Shown here in pieces: positions 23,701-34,758 of a DNA stretch of 40,153 nt; within the stretch, counting starts at the first letter, position 1; each line of letters begins with the position of its first letter. The DNA is from Macrostomum lignano. Its lineage: Eukaryota. The notes beneath the pieces were generated by a model that saw nothing but the letters and a program-made list of their open reading frames with translations, searched no databases and was not told the DNA's origin. The stretch is from contig NIVC01004634.1 of NCBI GenBank assembly GCA_002269645.1, positions 1-40,153 on the forward strand. Direction: 5' to 3'. Position numbers and translations under genes: made by a program.

Positions 23701-26700
23701 GATCCTTGTGTTTTACGTGTATTGCATTGTGCCTGATCCTTGTGTCTTGTGTGTGTTGCATTGTGCCTGATCCTTGTGTCTTGTGTGTGTTGCATTGTGC
23801 CTGATCCTTGTGTCTTGTGTGTGTTGCATTGTGCCTGATCCTTGTGTCTTGTGTGTGTTGCATTGTGCCTGATCCTTGTGTCTTGTGTGTGTTGCATTGT
23901 GCCTGATCCTTGTGTCTTGTTTGTGTTGCATTGTGCCTGATCCTTGTGTCTTGTGTGTGTTGCATTGTGCCTGATCCTTGTGTCTTCTGTGTGTTGCATT
24001 GTGCCTGATCCTTGTGTCTTGTTTGTGTTGCATTGTGCCTGATCCTTGTGTCTTGTGTGTGTTGCATTGTGCCTGATCCTTGTGTCTTGTACGTGTTGCA
24101 CTGTGCCTGATCCTTGTGTTTTACGTGTATTGCATTGTGCCTGATCCTTGTGTCTTGTGTGTGTTGCATTGTGCCTGATCCTTGTGTCTTGTGTGTGTTG
24201 CATTGTGCCTGATCCTTGTGTCTTGTGTGTGTTGCATTGTGCCTGATCCTTGTGTCTTGTGTGTGTTGCATTGTGCCTGATCCTTGTGTCTTGTGTGTGT
24301 TGCATTGTGCCTGATCCTTGTGTCTTGTGTGTGTTGCATTGTGCCTGATCCTTGTGACTTGTATGTGTTGCATTGTGCCTGATCCTTGTGTCTTGTTTGT
24401 GTTGCATTGTGCCTGATCCTTGTGTCTTGTGTGTGTTGCATTGTGCCTGATCCTTGTGTCTTGTGTGTGTTGCATTGTGCCTGATCCTTGTGTCTTGTGT
24501 GTGTTGCATTGTGCCTGATCCTTGTGTCTTGTGTGTGTTGCATTGTGCCTGATCCTTGTGTCTTGTGTGTGTTGCATTGTGCCTGATCCTTGTGTCTTCT
24601 GTGTGTTGCATTGTGCCTGATCCTTGTGTCTTCTGTGTGTTGCATTGTGCCTGATCCTTGTGTCTTCTGTGTGTTGCATTGTGCCTGATCCTTGTGTCTT
24701 GTGTGTGTTGCATTGTGCCTGATCCTTGTGTCTTCTGTGTGTTGCATTGTGCCTGATCCTTGTGTCTTCTGTGTGTTGCATTGTGCCTGATCCTTGTGTC
24801 TTCTGTGTGTTGCATTGTGCCTGATCCTTGTGTCTTGTTTGTGTTGCATTGTGCCTGATCCTTGTGTCTTGTGTGTGTTGCATTGTGCCTGATCCTTGTG
24901 TCTTCTGTGTGTTGCATTGTGCCTGATCCTTGTGTCTTCTGTGTGTTGCATTGTGCCTGATCCTTGTGTCTTCTGTGTGTTGCATTGTGCCTGATCCTTG
25001 TGTCTTGTTTGTGTTGCATTGTGCCTGATCCTTGTGTCTTGTGTGTGTTGCATTGTGCTGATCCTTGTGTCTTCTGTGTGTTGCATTGTGCCTGATCCTT
25101 GTGTCTTCTGTGTGTTGCATTGTGCCTGATCCTTGTGTCTTCTGTGTGTTGCATTGTGCCTGATCCTTGTGTCTTGTGTGTGTTGCATTGTGCCTGATCC
25201 TTGTGTCTTCTGTGTGTTGCATTGTGCCTGATCCTTGTGTCTTCTGTGTGTTGCATTGTGCCTGATCCTTGTGTCTTCTGTGTGTTGCATTGTGCCTGAT
25301 CCTTGTGTCTTCTGTGTGTTGCATTGTGCCTGATCCTTGTGTCTTCTGTGTGTTGCATTGTGCCTGATCCTTGTGTCTTCTGTGTGTTGCATTGTGCCTG
25401 ATCCTTGTGTCTTCTGTGTGTTGCATTGTGCCTGATCCTTGTGTCTTCTGTGTGTTGCATTGTGCCTGATCCTTGTGTCTTCTGTGTGTTGCATTGTGCC
25501 TGATCCTTGTGTCTTGTGTGTGTTGCATTGTGCCTGATCCTTGTGTCTTCTGTGTGTTGCATTGTGCCTGATCCTTGTGTCTTGTGTGTGTTGCATTGTG
25601 CCTGATCCTTGTGTCTTCTGTGTGTTGCATTGTGCCTGATCCTTGTGTCTTGTGTGTGTTGCATTGTGCCTGATCCTTGTGTCTTCTGTGTGTTGCATTG
25701 TGCCTGATCCTTGTGACTTGTGTGTGTTGCATTGTGCCTGATCCTTGTGTCTTCTGTGTGTTGCATTGTGCCTGATCCTTGTGTCTTCTGTGTGTTGCAT
25801 TGTGCCTGATCCTTGTGTCTTGTTTGTGTTGCATTGTGCCTTATCCTTGTGTCTTCTGTGTGTTGCATTGGTTCGCTGCTGTTTCGTTTTGCCTTTATTT
25901 TTTTTATTATTTTTTAACTTTTAAAAGCCGAATTGCTGTGCGATCACTACAGAACGCATCGGGCCTCTCATACCGTACTAAAATCAGATCGTGATTCTTC
26001 GATTCTGACAGGAAATTTTGGATTAGAAAAAATGTCGGATTATCAGACGGTTTAGGAAGTGGATTAATCAAAAAGATTATACTTAAGGATAAGGTTTTCA
26101 AGATCTTTGGCGCATTATTCGGAAATCTATTTAAAAAATTTGCGTGTCTTCAAGACGATTTCAGGAATTGAAAAAATGAAATATTTCATCGCCTATAATG
26201 ATAGAGAAACCGGAGATGTCCGCATGAATATTGGCCAGCTTCACCGGGCAGCGAACGAAGTCTTCCCAACCCCAAGTCCCTGAGTTCGAGCCACATTAGC
26301 GAGGGTCTGCCGCGTTGAAATCCTGGCCTTTAGCTCGTGCGCTTTAAGGTCATAAGTGAAAAAAACTTGTGAAATGGTATCAGTTGTTACAATGGGCATG
26401 TTGTCAGGCTTTTAGTACGAGCGTACACCCTTTGAGGATGAGAGCATCGCAGGACAAGCCCTAGCAACCAGTTCAAACTCGGCTAACTGTTGAAAACATT
26501 CAGGCAACTCAAGCCCTAGCAACCAGTTCACACTCGGCTAACTGTTGAAAACATTCAGGCAACTCGAGCCCTAGCAACCAGTTCACACTCGGCTAACTGT
26601 TGAAAACATTCAGGCAACTCAAGCCCTAGCAACCAGTTCACACTCGGCTAACTGTTGAAAACATTCAGGCAACTCAAGCCCTAGCAACCAGTTCACACTC

Positions 26701-27318
26701 GGCTAACTGTTGAAAACATTCAGGCAACTCAAGCCCTAGCAACCAGTTCACACTCGGCTAACTGTTGAAAACATTCAGGCAACTCAAGCCCTAGCAACCA
26801 GTTCACACTCGGCTAACTGTTGAAAACATTCAGGCAACTCGAACTGGCGCTCAGCTGCTGTGTTCCTGTCGGGCGGTCTCGCCGCCTCAGTTGGCAGCCT
26901 GGCCTTCCACGCCGCCGTTGCGGCCTTTCCGGACTCCGCAATGACTGTCGCAATTGCCGCCGATGTCGGCCTGCTGGCCGGCGCACTGACGGCGCAGATC
27001 GCCTGTCTGGCTTGCGGCGAAGTCGGCGCCAAGCAACTGTCAGCGGAGCCCCGCCGCCTAGCGGCAGCAGTCGAAGGTCTGATGGCGCCATCGGGCCCGG
27101 CCGAGGGCGAGTCGATCTGGGCGGAGCGCGGAACGGCTTTCTGGCTGCTCGTTGCTGCCGTTTTCGGCCATCTGGCCGGCTTGCTGTGCGAGATTCCTCG
27201 AGCCTGGCTGCTGGCGGAGCGGCAGCTGGACGCTCGATCGACTGCCGATACGGATGCTGCCCAGGTGGTGGAGAGCGCTCACTGCTATCCGATGCGCTGC
27301 ATAGCAACTCGCCCATAG
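20705..27318 (+). CDS. Four-TM claudin/PMP22/clarin-superfamily-like membrane protein, 2 coding exons (~242-246 aa)
   Basis: Exon 20685-20948 (or 20960; both donors, gtgagt and gtaatg, are phase 1) has an acceptor ttttgcag and ATG at 20705. It joins exon 26834-27318 (cattcag|GC AAC), also phase 1. Product: TM1 YLAGAIASFVGVCSLIGAAA; ECL1 with W...HIGLL and Cys; TM2 AAVFLSGGLAASVGSLAF; TM3; TM4 preceded by GTAFWLLVAA. The family call rests on topology and motif resemblance. Confidence 0.7.
20965..25868. repeat. 34-bp minisatellite (gtgttgcattgtgcctgatccttgtgtcttgtgt), ~144 copies, with higher-order duplication
   Basis: Period 34 (ttgcatt at 20969 and 21003). Variant units recur at +408 and +2209. 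It occupies most of the tetraspan gene intron. Confidence 0.97.
26455..26840 (+). repeat. 55-bp array, 7 copies, each with a branch-point-like CTAAC, TTCAG and the first exon bases
   Basis: AG ends at 26503, 26558, 26613, 26668, 26723, 26778 and 26833. The last is the in-frame acceptor of the tetraspan gene. Confidence 0.92.
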
Positions 27319-27919
27319 CAACTCGCCCATAGCAACTCGCCCATAGCAACTCGCCCATAGCAACTCGCCCATAGCAACTCGCCCATAGCAACTCGCCCAT
27401 AGCAACTCGCCCATAGCAACTCGCCCATAGCAACTCGCCCATAGCAACTCGCCCATAGCAACTCGCCCATAGCAACTCGCCCATAGCAACTCGCCCATAG
27501 CAACTCGCCCATAGCAACTCGCCCATAGCAACTCGCCATAGCAACTCGCCCATAGCAACTCGCCCATAGCAACTCGCCCATAGCAACTCGCCCATAGCAA
27601 CTCGCCCATAGCAACTCGCCCATAGCAACTCGCCCATAGCAACTCGCCCATAGCAACTCGCCCATAGCAACTCGCCCATAGCAACTCGCCCATAGCAACT
27701 CGCCCATAGCAACTCGCCCATAGCAACTCGCCCATAGCAACTCGCCCATAGCAACTCGCCCATAGCAACTCGCCCATAGCAACTCGCCCATAGCAACTCG
27801 CCATAGCAACTCGCCCATAGCAACTCGCCCATAGCAACTCGCCCATAGCAACTCGCCCATAGCAACTCGCCCATAGCAACTCGCCCATAGCAACTCGCCC
27901 ATAGCAACTCGCCCATAGC
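27300..27919. repeat. 14-bp minisatellite (catagcaactcgcc), ~44 copies, overlapping the tetraspan stop codon
   Basis: The reading frame runs CIATRP into the array, and the TAG at 27316-27318 lies inside it. Confidence 0.95.
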
Positions 27920-28045
27920 TTCGAGACACAATGTTTCGAGAACAGTTTCGCTGACAAATCTTAGAGCATTGAACGAACTAAAGTTGTAAGTTCGGTACAA
28001 GTTTTACGTTAAATGCTGAACTACTGGATTTCTGGCTGACCGAGA

Positions 28046-28351
28046 GGGGTTGTAGCCTAGTGGATACAGCGTCGAACTCACGACTTGAAGGTCGGGGGTT
28101 CGATTCTCGATCCCACAGGAACAATTTGTGTCCTTGAGCAAGACACTTAACTCTGCATTGCTTCAGTTCACCCAGCTGTAAAATGGGTGCCAGCATTAGC
28201 TGGGGTAATTGAGGCTGTGTGTGGCGACCACCAAGTCCTTGGACTGAAAGCCGTACGCAGCCTTCAGATACGCCGCGCAATAGCTGCGGCTGAGCTGTCG
28301 GTTGCACAACTGGCCATTAGGGCAGGTGTAGTCAATTATTGTTATTATTAT
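28046..28351 (+). mobile_element. tRNA-headed CORE-like SINE, copy 4 (intact head, probable TSD)
   Basis: A-box TAGCCTAGTGG 28053-28063, B-box GGTTCGATTCT 28097-28107, CORE-like segment, (TTA)n tail. Flanks tggctgaccgaga (28033-28045) and tggcagaccgaaa (28352-28364) match at 11/13. Confidence 0.88.
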
Positions 28352-29044
28352 TGGCAGACCGAAAACCTGTGTGTGTGTTCTGTGCTCAGCTTTTTTTCCT
28401 CAGAAGTGATGCAGTACGAGTACCAGAGACCGTCCAGCATCTCCGGAATGTGTACTTTCGGGACTTACGAGAGCTGCGTCTTACTGCTTCAGTCAGCAAG
28501 TAGGGATAAGAGGAAGGCACCGGAAGTGCTCATTAATTTTGAGATACGCTCGTACACTCGGCCGGACCACTTCTGTCTCTACCGATGACGTGTTGAAGAA
28601 TTTGAGGGCCAATCATTATTATAGATGTTTCTCAGCATATCCTGTTCTGCACCAGACCGTAATAAAATCGTCATTTTCATTCTTTACAAAAATTCAACTT
28701 CAATTATAATTATTAAATTTTTACGAATTGATCAATTGAAATTTATTAGTAACGCAGTTCCGGGCTTCACAATTTTTAAAATTATTTTTTTATTTTTAGT
28801 CAACTCAGATATTTAATAAAATTGTACTTTCGACGCAGTAAGTACAGCTTTCATTTAGGAAGACTGCATGCTGTGCATCTACCGTAAACTCACTTCAGCT
28901 GCTAGATACTGAAAGAATTTTCAGTACTAATAAATACAGTTTTAGGATTCAGTACCTGTCCAGTCTTGTTAGGCGTTTCGGATCTATTTAGCTGACTCAG
29001 CCAATATCCAAAGGGAGACTCAGGACTCGTCAATGAACTGAGTT

Positions 29045-29198
29045 AACCAGCCAATGATTGGCAGGCAAGGATATCAGCGAATGAAGGGTGACTCTGCAAG
29101 TATAAAGCTCTGAAGCTCTGAGTCCAGCGTGGGATTTGGGAACACTGTTATCAAGAAATTAATTTGATAAAATATTTTACTAATAACTGACGGTAAGT
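29045..29198 (+). promoter_or_regulatory. Probable GPCR promoter and non-coding first exon
   Basis: Inverted CCAAT pair ccaatgattgg 29051-29061, TATAAA 29101-29106 and donor G|GTAAGT at 29193. The next acceptor, ttgccttcag (29193-31433 intron), lies 12 nt before the GPCR ATG. Confidence 0.5.
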
Positions 29199-29287
29199 CA
29201 ATTGCTTTTAATTTCACACTCTGTATACAAAGTCCAGAAAAATGCTAACATTTCTTGTTTTAGGACTTTTTAATATTCCATTATCGA

Positions 29288-31388
29288 CGGTTTCGGACAC
29301 GGGTTTCGGACACGGGTTTCGGACACGGGTTTCGGACACGGGTTTCAGACAGGGGTTTCAGGCACGGGTTTCGGACACGGGTTTCGGACACGGGTTTCGG
29401 ACACGGGTTTCAGCCACGGGTTTCAGCCACGGGTTTCAGCCACGGGTTTCAGCCACGGGTTTCAGGCATGGGTTTCGGACACGGTTTCAGGCACGGGTTT
29501 CAGACACGGGTTTCGGACACGGGTTTCAGGCACGGGTTTCGGACACGGGTTTCGGACACGGGTTTCGGACACGGGTTTCGGACACGGGTTTCAGGCACGG
29601 GTTTCAGACACGGGTTTCAGGCACGGGTTTCGGACACGGGTTTCGGACACGGGTTTCGGACACGGGTTTCAGGCACGGGTTTCGGACACGGGTTTCAGGC
29701 ACGGGTTTCGGACACGGGTTTCAGGCACGGGTTTCAGCCACGGGTTTCAGCCACGGGTTTCGGACACGGGTTTCGGACACGGGTTTCGGACACGGGTTTC
29801 AGGCACGGGTTTCAGACACGGGTTTCGGACACGGGTTTCAGGCACGGTTTTCAGACACGGGTTTCGGACACGGGTTTCAGGCACGGGTTTCAGACACGGG
29901 TTTCGGACACGGGTTTCGGACACGGGTTTCGGACACGGGTTTCAGGCACGGGTTTCAGGCACGGGTTTCGGACACGGGTTTCAGGCACAGGTTTCGGACA
30001 CGGTTTCAGGCACGGGTTTCAGACACGGGTTTCGGACACGGGTTTCAGGCACGGGTTTCGGACACGGGTTTCGGACACGGGTTTTCTACAAGGGTTTCGG
30101 ACATGGGTTTCGGATACGAGTTTCGGGCACGGGTTTCGGACACGGGTTTCAGGCACGGGTTTCGGACACGGGTTTCAGGCACGGGTTTCAAGGACGGGTT
30201 TCGGACACGGGTTTCGGATACGGGTTTCAGGCACGGGTTTCGGACACGGGTTTCGGACATGGGTTTCGAGAGTGGATTTCGGGAATATGTTTCGGACATG
30301 GATTTCGGACACGGGTTTCGGACGCGGGTTTCGGACACGGATTTCAGGCACGGGTTTCGGACACGGGTTTCGGACATGGGTTTCGAGAGTGGATTTCGGG
30401 AATGTGTTTCGGACATGGATTTCGGACACGGGTTTCGGGAGTGGATTCCGGGAATTCGTTTCGGACATGGATTTCGGACACGGGTTTCGGACACGAGTTT
30501 CAGGCATGGGTTTCAGGCACGGGTTTCGGACACAGGTTTCAGGCACGGGTTTCAGACACGGGTTTCGGACATGGGTTTCGGATACGAGTTTCGGACACGG
30601 GTTTCGGACACGGGTTTCGGACACGGGTTTCGGACACGGGTTTCGGACACGGGTTTTCTACAAGGGTTTCGGACATGGGTTTCGGATACGAGTTTCGGGC
30701 ACGGGTTTCGGACACGGGTTTCGGATACGAGTTTCGGACACGGGTTTCGGACACGGGTTTCAAGGACGGGTTTCGGACACGGGTTTCGGACACGGGTTTC
30801 AGGCACGGGTTTCGGACGCGGGTTTCGGACACGGATTTCAGGCACGGGTTTCGGACACGGGTTTCGGACATGGGTTTCGAGAGTGGATTTCGGGAATGTG
30901 TTTCGGACATGGATTTCGGACACGGGTTTCGGACGCGGGTTTCGGACACGGATTTCAGGCACGGGTTTCGGACACGGGTTTCGGACATGGGTTTCGAGAG
31001 TGGATTTCGGGAATGTGTTTCGGACATGGATTTCGGACACGGGTTTCGGGAGTGGATTCCGGGAATTCGTTTCGGACATGGATTTCGGACACGGGTTTCG
31101 GACACGAGTTTCAGGCATGGGTTTCAGGCACGGGTTTCGGACACAGGTTTCAGGCACGGGTTTCAGACACGGGTTTCGGACATGGGTTTCGGATACGAGT
31201 TTCGGACACGGGTTTCGGACACGGGTTTCGGACACGGGTTTCGGACACGGGTTTCGGACACGGGTTTTGGACACGGGTTTTCTACAAGGGTTTCGGACAT
31301 GGGTTTCGGATACGAGTTTCGGGCACGGGTTTCGGACACGGGTTTCGGATACGAGTTTCGGACACGGGTTTCGGACACGGGTTTCAGA
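29288..31388. repeat. 13-bp CpG-rich minisatellite (gggtttcggacac), ~160 copies, with ~0.6 kb higher-order blocks
   Basis: Read directly. The variant block ttttctacaagggtttcggacatggg recurs near 30080, 30655 and 31278. Confidence 0.95.
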
Positions 31389-31445
31389 CTTAAGAATCTT
31401 AATTTAATTAACAGTTTTTCGCTTTGCCTTCAGAAGCCGAGAAGC

Positions 31446-33333
31446 ATGAGCAACGATTCGGAGGCTGAGGTCTGCATCAAAGAGTACTCGGAGACCCACG
31501 CCAACAGCACTTGGCTAAGCGACGCGGCGCCCTACATCTACCTGGGCTTCGCCATTGCTGGCATCGCTCTGAACGCCGTGGTGATCTGGCTGCTGTGCAG
31601 GCGCCACATGCACATGAGCCGCAACCCGCGCCTGCTGGTCATCAACCAGTCGGTCATCGACTTGGCCACCTGCGCCGTGACCACCGTCAAGTGGTCCACC
31701 GTGCACCTGCCCAGCAGGGTGCCTGAGAACCTGTTGGGTAGCATCGCCTGTCACTTGTGGTTCAGCCAGAGCGCCGTCTGGATTCTGGTCAATGCCAGCA
31801 CGGTGAGACTTCACTCATATGCTGTTGCTGCGTACGGAACAGAGAGACTGCCTGAAGTCCGGTCACTCAGGGTGTACAGGGACGGCCTGACTCATTCGTT
31901 TTTAGTTGTGTACACAGAATTTGCCTGGGGTGGTGGCTGTGCTTCATCTGTGTGAATCTAATGACAATTGCCCTGTCCCTGACCGATTGCTTAGTAGGAC
32001 AAATATGAAAAACTAACACATGAAGCTACCTTAGCAAATGGCGGAAAGGGATGTTTGAACGGTCGTATAAAAGTTAGAGGAGAGAGTAAACCGCGATGAG
32101 GATCAGGCTAAATTGAAAATTAACGAAACTGGACCTTTCCCTACGCGTGAGAGACCTAAATTATTGATCGCGCAACTATTTTGCGAATCGCTCTAAATAC
32201 ATGTAGATCGTACGCACAACACGCACAATATAAAACGGCCCAATTAGGGGCCACCACGCGCGAAAACAGAGAAAATACGCTCCTAGGAAATGATACGATA
32301 AGAGACAGGGGAGCCCACCAAGAGACAGGGGGAGCCCACCAAGAGACAGGGGGAGCCCACCAAGAGACAGGGGGAGCCCACCAAGAGACAGGGGGAGCCC
32401 ACCAAGAGACAGGGGGAGCCCACCAAGAGACAGGGGGAGCCCACCAAGAGACAGGGGGAGCCCACCAATAGACAGGGGGAGCCCACCAAGAGACAGGGGG
32501 GGCCCACCAAGAGACAGGGGGAGCCCACCAAGAGACAGGGGAGCCCACCAAGAGACAGGGGGAGCCCACCAAGAGAAATCTTTCAGTGGAAGACTCGATT
32601 TCCAACGATCACCTCGCTCTGCCCGCAGTTCAACCTGCAGATCATCACTCTCGAACGCTTCTTCGCCATCGTGCGGCCAATGGTGCGCCGTCAGCTGTGG
32701 AAGATTCGGCTGGCCTGCGGCCTGGCCTGGCTGCTCGGCCTGGCGCATCAGTGGCGCGGCCTGGCCGACTTTCGGCGCGGCAGCCCGGACGGACCGACGG
32801 CCGGATGCTGCATCCTGTCCGGCCTGGTGCCCCCGGAGCTGGCCTTCGCCTACGGCCTGTTGAACTACGCCGTGAAGTTCGCCTTCCCGTTGGTGAACAT
32901 GACCGTCTGCTACGCTTGGATGATCGTTGAGCTGCGAAAGCGGTTCAAGTTCACCACCCAGCAGCAGCAGGCGGCCTGCAAGAAGCTGGCGGCCTCGCGC
33001 GTTCTGATCAAGACCTTCACCATAGCCGGGGTCGCCTACGTGCTCTGCTTCGCCGCCAACCAGACCAACTTCTTGCTGATCGCTTTCGGCCTCATCGCCA
33101 ACAATTTCCTGTCATTCTTCTACAACATCACCCTGTTCCTGGTGAGCCTGAACTCGCTGGTGAACCCAATTATCTACTTTGCCTTCATGCCGCGGATTCG
33201 ACAGGCTTTCGTTGTAGCCGTCTACCGGACCTGTGGAAGAGGAGAATGCGGAGGAGGCGGTGGCGGCAAGAGCTACTCTGCCGGCAGCGAAGACTGGGAA
33301 TCTAGGAGCGCCGCCGCTGGCACAACTCGATAA
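31446..33333 (+). CDS. Class A (rhodopsin-like) GPCR, probably orphan/peptide type, 353 aa, 2 coding exons
   Basis: Exon 31446-31802 (ACG|gtgaga) and exon 32629-33333 (cccgcag|TTC), phase 0. Motifs: TM1 ALN, TM2 NQSVIDL, TM3 Cys (IACHLW) and ERF (DRY equivalent), TM4 W, TM5 FAFP...CY, TM6 LCF, TM7 NSLVNPIIY. Confidence 0.92.
32300..32575. repeat. 21-bp purine-rich minisatellite (aagagacagggggagcccacc), ~13 copies, GPCR coding intron
   Basis: Period 21 (32341 and 32362); ends ~50 nt before the acceptor. Confidence 0.95.
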
Positions 33334-33374
33334 ATAAGCACTGGCTTGGCGAGGGGTGGCATGGCACTTCATGG

Positions 33375-34758
33375 AAGGCTTTGTAGGAGGGTAGCGGAGC
33401 TCTATCGAATGTTTTGTGGGAGGGTATCGGAGCTCTATCGAATGTTTTGTAGGAGGGTAGCTGAGCTCTATCGAATGTTTTGTGGGAGGGTAGCGGAGCT
33501 CTATCGAATGTTTTGTAGGAGGGTATCGGAGCTCCATCGAATGTTTTGTAGGATTGTAGCGGAGCTCTATCGAATGTTTTGTAGGATGGTATCGGAGCTC
33601 TATCGAATGTTTTGTAGGAGGGTAGCGGAGCTCTATCGAATGTTTTGTGAGAGGGTAGCGGAGCTCTATCGAATGTTTTGTAGGATTGTAGCGGAGCTCT
33701 ATCGAATGTTTTGTAGGATGGTAGCGGAGCTCTATCGAATGTTTTGTAGGAGGGTAGCGGAGCTCTATCGAATGTTTGTAGGAGGGTAGCGGAGCTCTAT
33801 CGAATGATTTGTAGGATGGTAGCGGAGCTCTATCGAATGTTTTGTAGGAGGGTAGCGGAGCTCTATCGAATGTTTTGTAGGAGGGTAGCGGAGCTCCATC
33901 GAATGTTTCGTGAGAGGGTAGCGGAGCTCTGTCGAATGTTTTGTAGGAGGGTAGCGGAGCTCTATCGAATGTTTTGTGAGAGGGTAGCGGAGCTCTATCG
34001 AATGTTTTGTAGGAGGGTATCGGAGCTCCATCGAATGTTTTGTAGGAGGGTATCGGAGCTCTATCGAATGTTTCGTGAGAGGGTAGCGGAGCTCTATCGA
34101 ATGATTTGTAGGATGGTAGCGGAGCTCTATCGAATGATTTGTAGGATTGTAGCGGAGCTCTATCGAATGTTTTGTAGGAGGGTATCGGAGCTCCATCGAA
34201 TGTTTTGTAGGAGGGTAGCGGAGCTCTATCGAATGATTTGTGGGATGGTAGCGGAGCTCTATCGAATGTTTTGTAGGATTGTAGCGGAGCTCTATCGAAT
34301 GTTTTGTAGGAGGGTAGCGGAGCTCTATCGAATGTTTTGTGAGAGGGTAGCGGAGCTCTATCGAATGTTTTGTAGGAGGGTATCGGAGCTCCATCGAATG
34401 TTTTGTAGGAGGGTATCGGAGCTCTATCGAATGTTTCGTGAGAGGGTAGCGGAGCTCTATCGAATGTTTTGTAGGATTGTAGCGGAGCTCTATCGAATGT
34501 TTTGTAGGATGGTAGCGGAGCTCTATCGAATGTTTTGTAGGATGGTAGCGGAGCTCTATCGAATGTTTTGTAGGAGGGTAGCGGAGCTCCATCGAATGTT
34601 TTGTAGGAGGGTAGCGGAGCTCCATCGAATGATTTGTAGGATGGTAGCGGAGCTCTATCGAATGATTTGTAGGAGGGTAGCGGAGCTCCATCGAATGTTT
34701 TGTAGGAGGGTAGCGGAGCTCCATCGAATGATTTGTAGGATGGTAGCGGAGCTCTATC
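33375..34758. repeat. 33-bp minisatellite (gtagcggagctctatcgaatgttttgtaggagg), ~42 copies
   Basis: Read directly; starts ~45 nt after the GPCR stop. Confidence 0.95.

Noticed and set aside
20635-25868. Giant minus-strand ORFs (up to 1685 aa, MQHTQDTRIRHNATH... repeats)
   Set aside because: They are translations of a stop-free 34-bp array. All three frames give the same 34-aa cycle, and the array lies in an intron of a plus-strand gene.
26455-27919. Shared gcaactc / ccc(a)tagcaac words between the 55-bp and 14-bp arrays
   Set aside because: The match is 7-10 bp, too short to claim common origin, although the arrays flank the same exon.
28046-28115. Functional tRNA gene
   Set aside because: The head continues into a SINE body found four times, the putative anticodon differs between copies (CAC vs CCC), and acceptor-stem pairing is poor.
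29242-31955. Long GF/RTRV-repeat ORFs on both strands
   Set aside because: Products of the 13-bp array. Only the GPCR part after the acceptor at 31433 is credible.
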